Virus record (IMG/VR): IMGVR_UViG_3300043394_000505
Location: 1 to 26,465 of that record
Direction: 5' to 3' (one strand)
Origin: a virus
Taxonomy: Duplodnaviria > Caudoviricetes
Length of the DNA stretch: 26,465 nucleotides
Shown: positions 1 through 8,398 of the stretch, piece after piece
How the letters are laid out: every line of letters starts with the position of its first letter
Numbering within the stretch: position 1 is the stretch's first letter
The notes under the pieces: generated by a model
What the model was told of the DNA's origin: nothing
Seen by the model: the letters and a program-made list of their open reading frames with translations, nothing else
Databases searched by the model: none
Translations under genes and position numbers: made by a program

Positions 1-1
1 A

Positions 2-127
2 ACCGAACAACAGTTGACCGAAGTGCGCGGCATCTTTGCGCACCCAGAAGACCACGCCGAAGTGAAGGAAGCCGCAGCCAAGATTGCTCGCAGGCGCACA
101 CGGCTGGCGAAGCGCTGTGCGCCCTAA
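2..127 (+). CDS. 3' end of a small basic hypothetical protein (5' truncated), convergent with the lysis genes
   Basis: Frame 2 is open from the window edge: TEQQLTEVRGIFAHPEDHAEVKEAAAKIARRRTRLAKRCAP, TAA at 125-127. It looks like a small beta-strand/helix phage DNA-binding protein (inference). Confidence 0.55.
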   Translation, partial: TEQQLTEVRGIFAHPEDHAEVKEAAAKIARRRTRLAKRCAP

Positions 128-158
128 CGTCAATTCGACCGCAGCTCCCGCGGCGTAA

Positions 159-213
159 CACCGGCACGCACCATGCGCGGCTGGTCTGCCCAGGTGCGCA
201 TGGTGCGCAGGTG
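159..213. other. Long GC-rich inverted repeat between convergent genes (possible terminator or processing hairpin)
   Basis: Perfect 12-bp arms CGCACCATGCGC (167-178) / GCGCATGGTGCG (196-207), an inner CTGG/CCAG stem (181-184/190-193) and an outer CACC/GGTG pair (159-162/210-213). There is no U-tract on either strand. Confidence 0.6.
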
Positions 214-272
214 GCGCTTGGCTTGCCGTTTCCGCACCCTGTTGGGAGGATTCCCCCGCACACTGGGCACCG

Positions 273-788
273 TCACTGCCGCTTCAGAATCTCAGTCTTC
301 GCCGCGCTGCCTGCGCTGCTGCCGAAGTAGTAGCTGATGATGCTGGCCCAGGCGCCGCCCAGGGCGCCCAGCATCACCAGCAGGGCGTCGCCGCCGGTGT
401 CGGGCTTGCCGTAGCTCAGCAGCCAGGCCAGCACGCCGAAGAAGCCCACGGTGACCAGCATGGCCAAGGTGCGGGGGGTCAGGGTGTCGCCGGTATTCAC
501 CTCGCGCTCGCGGGCGCTGGCGCGGTCTGCGGCGGCGGTGGCGATTTCGGCCTTGGCCATGTCGACGGCCAGGGCCTGCAGCTCGACCTGGCGGCGCGCT
601 TCCACCTCGCGCAGCTTCACGGCCGCTTCGGGGTTGGCCAGCGCAGCCTGCACGTCGGCCGGGTCGTTGCTGGTGCCCAAGGCGGATGCAATCAGGCCGC
701 CCACGGCCCCGCCGGCCGGGCCGCCCAGCAGCGTGCCCAGGATGGGCGCGGCCTTGCCGACAGCGCCTGCGATGTCTTTCCAATCCAT
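273..788 (-). CDS. Holin, 3TM (GTA_holin_3TM-like) family
   Basis: N-terminal Gly-rich hydrophobic segment APILGTLLGGPAGG, charged coiled coil ending DRASARERE, two C-terminal TM helices ending YYFGSSAGS. Lies directly downstream of the endolysin. Confidence 0.8.
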   Translation of the reverse strand: MDWKDIAGAVGKAAPILGTLLGGPAGGAVGGLIASALGTSNDPADVQAALANPEAAVKLREVEARRQVELQALAVDMAKAEIATAAADRASAREREVNTGDTLTPRTLAMLVTVGFFGVLAWLLSYGKPDTGGDALLVMLGALGGAWASIISYYFGSSAGSAAKTEILKRQ

Positions 789-790
789 GC

Positions 791-1243
791 CTACCCCCTG
801 TAGGAAAACAGCGGCTGCACGCCGCGTTCGTCCAGGCTGAAGGCCTGGCGGCGGTTGCGCTCTGAAAAGCTCACGTGCACCCAGCCGCCGCCGCTGTGCG
901 CAAATTCCAGAATCAGCTGGTCATAGGGCACGTCGCTGTCTTTCAGCACCGACACGATGTGCGCCGGGCTGCCGAAGCGCGGGCAGATGAAGTCGGCCGC
1001 TTCGCCCAGCAGGTGCTGGCTGGTGTCTTTGCTGCCAATGGCGCGGTTCAGCGCCTGGCAGCGGTAGCCGCTGCTGATGATGATGGGCGCGCCGCCCAAG
1101 CGCATGCGCACGGTTTCCAGGCCCAGAGCGGTGCGCTTCAGCGCGGCCAGGGCTTCGGGCGTGGGGCTGTTGTCGATGCCGCGGCGCGCGGCTTCGTTGC
1201 TGGCCACCAGTTCTTCCAGACTGAAGTGGGGGGACAGGTTCAT
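791..1243 (-). CDS. Endolysin, peptidase M15A-type zinc peptidase (150 aa)
   Basis: Start at ATG 1243 (MNLSPHFSLEEL) overlaps the upstream stop (ATGA). Motifs SSGYRC..LN..IG, SQHLLGEAADF (H-x6-D), DQLILE and WVHVS. Confidence 0.9.
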   Translation of the reverse strand: MNLSPHFSLEELVASNEAARRGIDNSPTPEALAALKRTALGLETVRMRLGGAPIIISSGYRCQALNRAIGSKDTSQHLLGEAADFICPRFGSPAHIVSVLKDSDVPYDQLILEFAHSGGGWVHVSFSERNRRQAFSLDERGVQPLFSYRG

Positions 1244-1575
1244 GCGTTGGCTCCAGACTTGAAGAAGGCCACCAGACCCGACCAGCCGCCCACCAGGTAC
1301 ACCAGCAGGCCCAGCAGCAGGAACATGGCCGCTTTGGACAGCGCGGCTTTCAGGCTGCCGAACAACCACCCGCCCGCTTCGGCCTGCGCGTGGCGCTGCA
1401 TGCCGGTGGTCAGCGCGGGCCAGAATTCGTCGTGCCGGATGGCGCGCAGCAGGCCTTCGGCGATGGCGTCGCGCACGTCGTCGCGGGTGAGCGTGCGGTC
1501 TGCAATGTCGGTGGCCAGCTCTTTGATGTCGCCCAGCTGGTCAACGATGTGGTTGCGTTCGGCTTCGGTGGTCAC
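1240..1575 (-). CDS. Small membrane protein in lysis cassette (holin/antiholin candidate)
   Basis: 111 aa, GTG start overlapping the upstream stop. Soluble N-terminus and C-terminal hydrophobic stretch AAMFLLLGLLVYLVGGWSGLVAFF. Confidence 0.7.
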   Translation of the reverse strand: MTTEAERNHIVDQLGDIKELATDIADRTLTRDDVRDAIAEGLLRAIRHDEFWPALTTGMQRHAQAEAGGWLFGSLKAALSKAAMFLLLGLLVYLVGGWSGLVAFFKSGANA

Positions 1576-1790
1576 AGGCTGGCCCCCAGCACCACCACAG
1601 CGCCACCCACCAGCGTGGCGAACAGGTCGCCCCAGCTGAAGCGGCCCGCCGGCAGCGCGTACAGCTCACGCGCCAGGCCGACGATGGCGCACAGCGCGAT
1701 GGCGGCGGCGCGGTCGGCCATCAGCAGGCCCAGCAGGGCCAGGGCTGCGCCTGCGGCCAGGTGCAAGAGTTTGTCGCGGGGGATGTTCAT
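1572..1790 (-). CDS. Small phage membrane protein (DKxxH...E...D motif; VanZ/YfiM-like)
   Basis: 72 aa from ATG 1790 (ATGA overlap with tail tip stop): MNIPRDKLLHLAAG...GLARELY...SWGDLFATLVGG, with about three hydrophobic segments. Confidence 0.75.
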   Translation of the reverse strand: MNIPRDKLLHLAAGAALALLGLLMADRAAAIALCAIVGLARELYALPAGRFSWGDLFATLVGGAVVVLGASL

Positions 1791-4750
1791 CGTTTGATTA
1801 CCGTGATGCGCACGCTGCACTCGCGGCCGCGTACTGTGGTGGTGACGGCCGGCACAGTGATCAGCACCGCGCCGCGCGCATAGACCGTGCTGCCGTTGGG
1901 CACGCTGACCACCTGCAGCAGCACGCGCCGCTCGAAACTGCTGGACACGTTGGTCATGGCCACCAGTTGGTCAGCATCCGACTCCGACGTGGGCGGCGTC
2001 GACACGCCAGCAAAGCAGCTCAGGTAGCACGCGGCATCACCCGCAGTGCGCTGCCCGCCGATGTCGATGCTGACTTCGACCAGCATCGTTTCGCCTGTGG
2101 CGTTGACCCAAGACTCTTCGACAAAAGCGAAGAAGTTGGGCACGAAGATGCCAGGACCTGGCGGCGGGTTGCGCGTCACCGTGAGGTCTGCAACCGCGTT
2201 GTGGATCAGGCCCGTGGCCGCGCCTGCCGCAATCTGCGCGGTGTTCACGCTACTCAGGGTGGCCAGCGCCCCCAGCCGCGCCTTGGCGTTGTCGTTGATC
2301 TTGTCCAGCAGCGCCTGGCGGGTGGTGTAGACGTCTGCAAACTTGGCGCGGAAGGTGGCGCCCACGATGGTGGTCTTGCCGCTCAGGTTGTCCCACGCCA
2401 CCGGCGTGGTCAGCGTGGCCAGGTAGGTGGTCAGCGCGGACACGGCGGTTTCGTAGGTGGCCTTTTCGGTGGTGACGGCGTAGTTGGTGGCCTGCGCGCC
2501 AATGCCCGCCTGTTCGGCCACGATCACGTCGCGGTCTTGGATGACGCGGGGCTTTTCGTCGGCGGTCAGGAAGCTGTCGCTGGCAATGTCGGCCAGCGCC
2601 GCGTTGGCGGTGTTGGCGCCGGCCTGCGCGGTGCTGGCCGCGCTGGCGGCTGCTGCCGCTGCTGCGGCTGCAGCGTCCAGGTCGGCCTGCAGCGCGTCGC
2701 GTGCCACGGCGGCCACCTGGTGCAGCCTGACGGGCGACCACTTGCCCCGCACCAGCGGCAGGGTCTGCACGGCGCGGATGCGGAAGAAGTAGAACCGCCC
2801 CTGCAGCAGCCCCGGAATGGTGGCCTTGGCCGCGTCGCCCTGCTCCACCCAGCTGGGCCAGTCGCCCGTGGGCAACGTGGCGGCGGCTTCGGTGTACTGG
2901 ATTTCGATCTGCCCGCCGCGGCGGATGTTCTGCCCCACGGCTGGCGCGAAGGCGAGCACCGTGCGGGTGATGATGCTGCCGTCCAGCGTTGGCGTGGTGC
3001 CGCTGGTCACGGTAGGGGCGGCCATGGTTTCCACGTCCCACGGCTCGCGCAAATTGCTGTCGGGCGCGGGGTCGCGGCCACGCAGTTCGGCGTCTACGGT
3101 GTACAGCTCGGCAGCGGTTTCCAGCAGGGTGAGCTTGTAGGCGCCGGTGGGGTTCCAGGTGATGCCAACCACCTCAAACGGCTTGGCGCTGTAGCCGTAG
3201 TCCGGCATGGTCAGTTCCACCACGTCCAGCAGTTCCAGGTCTGCGGCCTGTTCGCCGCATGTCAGCTCAAGCTGCAAGCCGGCCTGGGCTCGACGAATCA
3301 TCATGCTGGCCAAGTGCTGGGCGTGCGCAATGTGGTTGACGGCCTGCCATTCCACCTCTGCCAGTCTCTCGCCCTTGGCGGCCACCAGTACCGGGTCTTG
3401 CACGGCCGGGAATGGCAGCAGCTGGTAACGCTGGTCGGGGTCGGTGCAGCGGCCCGAAACGCGGTTGATGCGGCTGGTGCGCGGCACGCTTTGCACGGCG
3501 CTGATGACAGGCTCGTCATCAGGCCGGCCGCCGGTATTGTTGTTGACCAGCCAGTCTTGCGTGATGGTGGCAACCGACGCGCCCAGCACGCCCGCGCGCA
3601 GCCTCCACTGTCCACCTGACCAGCCAGCCCGGCCGGCCATGGCGTCCACCAGGCTGGCCATGGCTGCGGGCTTGTCGGCGTCGTCGGGTATGGTGATTCC
3701 GCCATGAAATAGCGCGCGCGTCACCGTGCCGGTGCTGCCGTCTGGCTTGCGCAGCACAAACGCGGTGATGGTGTCGCAGACGTTGGCCGCAACCACAATG
3801 TCTGCAGCGCGCGCCAGGGCGCTGCTGCGCGCCCAACCATAGGCGTAGGTGAAATAGTGCAGCGCCATCAGCGCCAGGTTTTCGCTGAAGACGGTGGCGC
3901 CGGTGCGCGGGTCGTACATCTTGGCGCCACGCAGCACGGCGCTGACGTTGGGGCGGCCCTGGGGAAATACGTCTGGCTCATACAGCACGTCAATCACCGC
4001 CAGGGCCATGCCCGCAAAGCGGTCTGTTGCGGTCACTTTGCCAGGGTATTCAGCGGCCAAGTCGGCGCCCACGTTTTGGCCAGCAGCGCCCACATAGGGG
4101 CGGATGCGCACAAACTTCTTGAGCACACCGGTGAAGTAGATCACTTGCACACCAGCCAGCGGCTGGCCGCCGGTGACGGTGGCAGTAGATCCCACCACAC
4201 TGACAGCGGCGCTGCCCTGAATCTGGTTTTCACCACTGCCGGTAGACCACACCGCCAGCACGTCAGTGCCGGCCGCGGGCGGCTCGGCCAAGGCAATGGT
4301 GGCATTGCCGGCGCCGTCCAGCACGCCGTTGACGGTGCGCGCTTCGTTGTCGGTGCGCCGGTACGGCGCCTCATTGACCCAGCCGCTGCCGTCCAGCGTG
4401 ACCAGCTTGTCGTCCAGGTACCACTGTTCGAACCCGTCGATTTCATGGCCGGCAAAGCTGACCACCATGGTCATGTTCTCGTCAAACACGCCGCTGGTCC
4501 AGACGTCGCGCACGCCTTCGACGTAGCGCACGCGGCCCATCACCAGCGTGCGCGGCGCGTTGGGCTGCAGGTCGACCATCACCAGCCGGTCGCGCGCCGC
4601 CGCGTTTTGCTGCTGAATGGCGCGGCGGCGGGCCTTTTCCGCCTCTCGATCAGAAGCCACGACACCGGCCAGGGTTGACGCCAGCAGCCACCAGTTCTGC
4701 GTGGCAATGGCAAAAGCCGCTACCAGAAATTGCCCGAAGCCAGCACTCAT
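1787..4750 (-). CDS. Tail tip / host specificity protein (lambda gpJ-like, 987 aa)
   Basis: Start MSAGFGQF at 4750 (ATGA overlap). Motifs PRTLVMGRVR, HEIDGF, RPNVSAVLRGAKMYDPR, FSENLAL, INRVSG...DPDQRYQ and LELLDVVEL, then an FN3-like domain (LLQGRFYFFRIRAV), an Ala-rich coiled coil and a C-terminal beta domain. Confidence 0.9.
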   Translation of the reverse strand: MSAGFGQFLVAAFAIATQNWWLLASTLAGVVASDREAEKARRRAIQQQNAAARDRLVMVDLQPNAPRTLVMGRVRYVEGVRDVWTSGVFDENMTMVVSFAGHEIDGFEQWYLDDKLVTLDGSGWVNEAPYRRTDNEARTVNGVLDGAGNATIALAEPPAAGTDVLAVWSTGSGENQIQGSAAVSVVGSTATVTGGQPLAGVQVIYFTGVLKKFVRIRPYVGAAGQNVGADLAAEYPGKVTATDRFAGMALAVIDVLYEPDVFPQGRPNVSAVLRGAKMYDPRTGATVFSENLALMALHYFTYAYGWARSSALARAADIVVAANVCDTITAFVLRKPDGSTGTVTRALFHGGITIPDDADKPAAMASLVDAMAGRAGWSGGQWRLRAGVLGASVATITQDWLVNNNTGGRPDDEPVISAVQSVPRTSRINRVSGRCTDPDQRYQLLPFPAVQDPVLVAAKGERLAEVEWQAVNHIAHAQHLASMMIRRAQAGLQLELTCGEQAADLELLDVVELTMPDYGYSAKPFEVVGITWNPTGAYKLTLLETAAELYTVDAELRGRDPAPDSNLREPWDVETMAAPTVTSGTTPTLDGSIITRTVLAFAPAVGQNIRRGGQIEIQYTEAAATLPTGDWPSWVEQGDAAKATIPGLLQGRFYFFRIRAVQTLPLVRGKWSPVRLHQVAAVARDALQADLDAAAAAAAAAASAASTAQAGANTANAALADIASDSFLTADEKPRVIQDRDVIVAEQAGIGAQATNYAVTTEKATYETAVSALTTYLATLTTPVAWDNLSGKTTIVGATFRAKFADVYTTRQALLDKINDNAKARLGALATLSSVNTAQIAAGAATGLIHNAVADLTVTRNPPPGPGIFVPNFFAFVEESWVNATGETMLVEVSIDIGGQRTAGDAACYLSCFAGVSTPPTSESDADQLVAMTNVSSSFERRVLLQVVSVPNGSTVYARGAVLITVPAVTTTVRGRECSVRITVIKR

Positions 4751-5322
4751 TCTTCGCGCACCCGGAAAAAGCCCGCGTTGGGCCAAAGAATTTCTTTGCC
4801 GTCTGTGCGCGGGTCGACGTCAAGCGACGTATCGCCCGGGAAGCGCCGCAGCTGCTCGTCGTGTGTGTAGCGGCTACCACGCGGCCGCTGCGCCAGGTTG
4901 CCCTGGTGCTCGGCCAAAAAGTGGGCCACCGCCAGCGGGCCGTCTTGCCAGCCTGGCTGGTCTAGCTCACCCGAGAACACCTGCTGCGCGCCGGCAACGA
5001 CACCGGTGTCGGGGTCTACCAGCGCTTTGTAGACCAGCACCGCAGCGCCTTCGATGTCTGCAGCAGCCAGCGCGCGCTGCGCAGGCGTGACAGCCGGCAG
5101 GGTTAGGCGCAGGTTGTTGAACTGCCCCAGCTCGTCGCGCAGCTCAGCCATGGCGATGTCCAGCGGCTCCCACGTGAAGCCGCCCCACACCAGCGCGCGG
5201 CCGCCCACGGCCCAGCGCTGCGGCACGGCAAGACCCATGTACACCAGCGGCACTTGCGGGATGTTTTCGCCGGCCACCAGGCGGGCGCGCAGGGCCAGTT
5301 CGGGGGCGCTGGGTGTCCTCAT
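4747..5322 (-). CDS. Minor tail / baseplate hub protein (gpL-position)
   Basis: 191 aa between Dit and the tail tip. Contains LVWGGFTW, LRLTLPAV, VFSGELD and C-terminal RYTHDEQLRRFPGD, typical of proteobacterial siphophage hub proteins. Confidence 0.8.
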   Translation of the reverse strand: MRTPSAPELALRARLVAGENIPQVPLVYMGLAVPQRWAVGGRALVWGGFTWEPLDIAMAELRDELGQFNNLRLTLPAVTPAQRALAAADIEGAAVLVYKALVDPDTGVVAGAQQVFSGELDQPGWQDGPLAVAHFLAEHQGNLAQRPRGSRYTHDEQLRRFPGDTSLDVDPRTDGKEILWPNAGFFRVREE

Positions 5323-6404
5323 ACGATGACCTGGCGCAGCTGCACCGCCACGCCGCCCTGCACCACCGGCGCGCTGTAGTCCAGCTGCAGGCCGTCGTCG
5401 TCAAGCTCCCACACGCCGGTGGGCGCCACGCACTGCACGGCGGTGCCGGCCGTCAGGGTCTTGGCCAGGGGCGACAGCAGGGGCACGTCCAAGAAGTCGG
5501 TGCTGGCGTTGCGCACGGCACCGGCGTAGGCCGTCAGCAGCAGGTTGCCGCCCACGCCCAGGGCGTCGCCGCCCAGCAGGGTGGGCGCGTCTTCAAAGTA
5601 GCTGAGCACGGGGCCTTCCACCAGCTGGATGGCGTCCCAGTGCACCGTGCCTTGCGGGCTGTACAGGCGCACCTCCAGCACCGTGGCGCTGGGGTTGGTG
5701 ACCACGCTGATTTGCTTCAGCGTCCACACAGCCGCCGGGTGCGCGGCGCTCAGGCTGGTGTCGTTGGCATAGCCAGGGCCGCCAATGCCGTCTGACAGCG
5801 TCATGGCAAAGTTGAACAGGGCCCCGGCCGTGATGCCGCTGTTGCGCACAAAGGCCGACAGGCTGTACTGCGTGTTCGGCCTGCACGGCACCGACTGCGC
5901 GATGTAGTGGTCTGCGTTGGCTGTTGCGTTGTCCAGCCGCACCGAATGCCCGTTCACCAGGTACTGCGCAGCAGACCGGACCTGGCTGGTGCCGCCCACG
6001 GCCGTCCAGTGCTCAAGCGTGGCGCGCTCGAACGACGGGTTGCGCAACTGGTTGAGGCCCACGCCGTCTTTCAGCGTGACGGTGCGCGCGCCTGCGGTGG
6101 CCGTGGTGGCCACCACCGGGCTGCCGCGCAACGTGCCGTTGGGCACCGGGCGGTGCTGCATGCCCAGGCGCACCCAGTCGCCGGTGCTGCGCAGGCCCAG
6201 CAAAAAGGCTTCGCGTTGGGCGCCCTCCACCGCGCTGCGCGTAGGCGGCAGCAACAGCGTGGCGCGCAGGCGGTCGGCCGCGTGGCTGCTGCGCTGGCGG
6301 TTGCCGGTGAAGAAGCCGGTGAAGGTGCTTTCGCTGGTGTCCAGCGCCAGGCTGAAGCTGGCGCCGCGGAAGGCGCGCGTGGTGGGCCAGTCGATGATGG
6401 CCAT
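5319..6404 (-). CDS. Distal tail protein (Dit-like) with inserted carbohydrate-binding-module-like domain
   Basis: Immediately after the tape measure gene. Dit-like N-terminus (MAIIDWP...FTGNRQ...EAFLLGLRS) and C-terminus (GDALGVGGNLL...PLLSPL) flank a CBM4/9-like insert (NQLRNPSFE...IAQSVPCRPNTQYSLSAFVR...VHWDAIQLVEG). Confidence 0.8.
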   Translation of the reverse strand: MAIIDWPTTRAFRGASFSLALDTSESTFTGFFTGNRQRSSHAADRLRATLLLPPTRSAVEGAQREAFLLGLRSTGDWVRLGMQHRPVPNGTLRGSPVVATTATAGARTVTLKDGVGLNQLRNPSFERATLEHWTAVGGTSQVRSAAQYLVNGHSVRLDNATANADHYIAQSVPCRPNTQYSLSAFVRNSGITAGALFNFAMTLSDGIGGPGYANDTSLSAAHPAAVWTLKQISVVTNPSATVLEVRLYSPQGTVHWDAIQLVEGPVLSYFEDAPTLLGGDALGVGGNLLLTAYAGAVRNASTDFLDVPLLSPLAKTLTAGTAVQCVAPTGVWELDDDGLQLDYSAPVVQGGVAVQLRQVIV

Positions 6405-6406
6405 GG

Positions 6407-8398
6407 CTACGCCCTCCCCCGGGTCATCTGACGGGCTTCGTACTGCGCAATGGCGGCACGGATGAGCCGCACGGTGTTTTCGCTGGCGTCGCCCTGCACG
6501 TTGATGGTGAAGCTGCTGCCACCACCGCCAGACGCCGCCAGCGCGTTGTTGGGCACCACGGTGCCGCTGCTGCGCGGCACCACCAGTTCGGGGCCGCGTT
6601 CGCCCACCAGGTAGGGGCGGCCGGCATAGATGGGACCGCCGGTGGCGCGGGCGCCGCCGCCCAGGCCTTGCAGAAACTGCAGGAAGGTGCCGAAGGCGCC
6701 GCCCACTTCGCCGGTTTTGCTGAAGCTGTCGCCCAGCAGGTAGCTGCCCAGCTTGGCCGCGGCGGCCTGGGCCACCAGGCGCTTGAGCATGGCTTTCCAG
6801 ATGTCCTCGATGTCCTGCGTTTTGCCTTCGATGGTGGCCAGCACGCTGTCGCCCAGCGCGTCTTGAATGTTGCGGCCGGCCTGTTCGGCAAAGCCGCTGA
6901 CCTTTTGCAGCGTGGGCTCCAGGCCTTCAAAGCGCTTGCCCAGCTCTTCGGCCACGCGGTTGAAGTCCTCCAGGCTCAGCGTGCCTTGGCGGAATGCGTC
7001 GGCCGCGGCCTGGGCGTTGCGGGTGAGCTTTTCGTACTGGGCGGCGGTGCTGCCGTCGGCCAGTGACTTCAGCTCTTGCAGCTGCGCCTTGCGTTCGCGC
7101 AGCAGGTCTTCGGCAATCTCGGGTCCTACAAACGCCGCCGGCTGTTTAGTCAGGTCCAGCACCGCGGCCAGCTCCAGCGCATAGGCGCGCTGGGCGGCGG
7201 TCAGGTCGCCCAGCTTGCCTTCGGCAATGGCCACGCGCACCTTTTCGGCTTCGGTCAGGTCCTGCGTGCCGCGCAGGGTTTCGCGCAGGCGTTCGATGTA
7301 CTGGTCGTACTGGCTGACCTGGTCGCGCACGCCCTTGGTGGCCGGCGCGCCGGTGGTGCCGCCCACGCTGGGGCGGGCGCTGCTGACCACGCGGCCGCCG
7401 CCTTCGTTGGCCGGGCGGCCCGGGGCGGCTAGGCCCATGACGCGGCGTTCAAACTTGTCGAGCTCGGCACGGGCGCGGGCGCTGTCGGCCTTGACCGCGT
7501 CGCTGATGGCGGTGAAGCCGGCCAGGTCGCCACGGCTTAGCGCGGCCACCTGCGCGCCGATGGCGCCGATTTCGCGGCCCACGCCCTTGAACACAAACGC
7601 CACGTTGGCGCCCAGCACGGCGAAGGTTTCGAACACGGTGCGGAAGACCGCGGCCACGCCGGTGAAGCGGTCGGCGTCTTTGGCGGCGCCGCTGAATGCT
7701 TCTTGCAGCGCCTCGACCACCGGCAGCACGGCCACCACGATGGTGCGGCCCATGTCCTGCAGAGTTTTCTGCGCGGCGCTCAAGCGCTGGGCGTAGCGTT
7801 CGGCGGCTTCGACCTGGTCGTCGGTGACGGTGGCGTTGAGCTTGCCGGCCGCGGCCAAGTCATTGAGCAACGGCGCCATCACGCCGTAGCTGCGGCCCAA
7901 CAACGTAAAGCCCGCTCGGGCCTTATTGCCGTTGTCTTCAAACTGCGACAGCGCCTTGGCCACTTCCAGCAGCGCTTCGGCAGGGTCCAGCTGGCGTAGG
8001 GTGTTGGCCTGCAGGCCGATGCTTTCCAGCACCCGGCTGACGTCGTCGCCCGGCTTGGCATTGGCCAGCGCCTGGTTGAGCTTCAGCAGGCTGGTGCTGA
8101 CCACTTCAAACTGCGTGCCGGTACGTGCGGCCACGTCTTCCAGCGCGCTGATGTTGCCGATGCTGGCGCCGGTGGCGTCTTTCAGGTCATTCAGCCGGTC
8201 CAGCCCGCCCGCGATGGTGTTGAAGAAGTTGGACAGGCCGCCCACCGTCAGCGCGCCGGCAATGGCGCCGGCCACGCCGCCAAAGCGGGTGCTCAGCGCC
8301 TCGGCTTCGCCGGCCAGGCTGCCCAGGCGCGCCTTGGCGCTGTTGATGCCGCCGGCCGTCTTGTCGACGGCCGACAGGGTGATGCGCGCTTCAGTCAT
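6407..8398 (-). CDS. Tail tape measure protein (663 aa)
   Basis: N-terminal ITLSAVDKT, long Ala/Leu helical body, C-terminal GARATGGPIYAGRPYLVGERGPELVVP motif. Follows the chaperone pair. Confidence 0.93.
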   Translation of the reverse strand: MTEARITLSAVDKTAGGINSAKARLGSLAGEAEALSTRFGGVAGAIAGALTVGGLSNFFNTIAGGLDRLNDLKDATGASIGNISALEDVAARTGTQFEVVSTSLLKLNQALANAKPGDDVSRVLESIGLQANTLRQLDPAEALLEVAKALSQFEDNGNKARAGFTLLGRSYGVMAPLLNDLAAAGKLNATVTDDQVEAAERYAQRLSAAQKTLQDMGRTIVVAVLPVVEALQEAFSGAAKDADRFTGVAAVFRTVFETFAVLGANVAFVFKGVGREIGAIGAQVAALSRGDLAGFTAISDAVKADSARARAELDKFERRVMGLAAPGRPANEGGGRVVSSARPSVGGTTGAPATKGVRDQVSQYDQYIERLRETLRGTQDLTEAEKVRVAIAEGKLGDLTAAQRAYALELAAVLDLTKQPAAFVGPEIAEDLLRERKAQLQELKSLADGSTAAQYEKLTRNAQAAADAFRQGTLSLEDFNRVAEELGKRFEGLEPTLQKVSGFAEQAGRNIQDALGDSVLATIEGKTQDIEDIWKAMLKRLVAQAAAAKLGSYLLGDSFSKTGEVGGAFGTFLQFLQGLGGGARATGGPIYAGRPYLVGERGPELVVPRSSGTVVPNNALAASGGGGSSFTINVQGDASENTVRLIRAAIAQYEARQMTRGRA

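Noticed and set aside
292-783. Alternative-frame ORF inside the holin as a possible embedded Rz1-like spanin
   Set aside because: Arg/Gly-rich frame shadow with no signal peptide or lipobox.
1787-2250. Diversity-generating retroelement or invertible segment at the tail tip C-terminus
   Set aside because: No reverse transcriptase, invertase, template repeat or duplicated C-terminal cassette was seen in the window.
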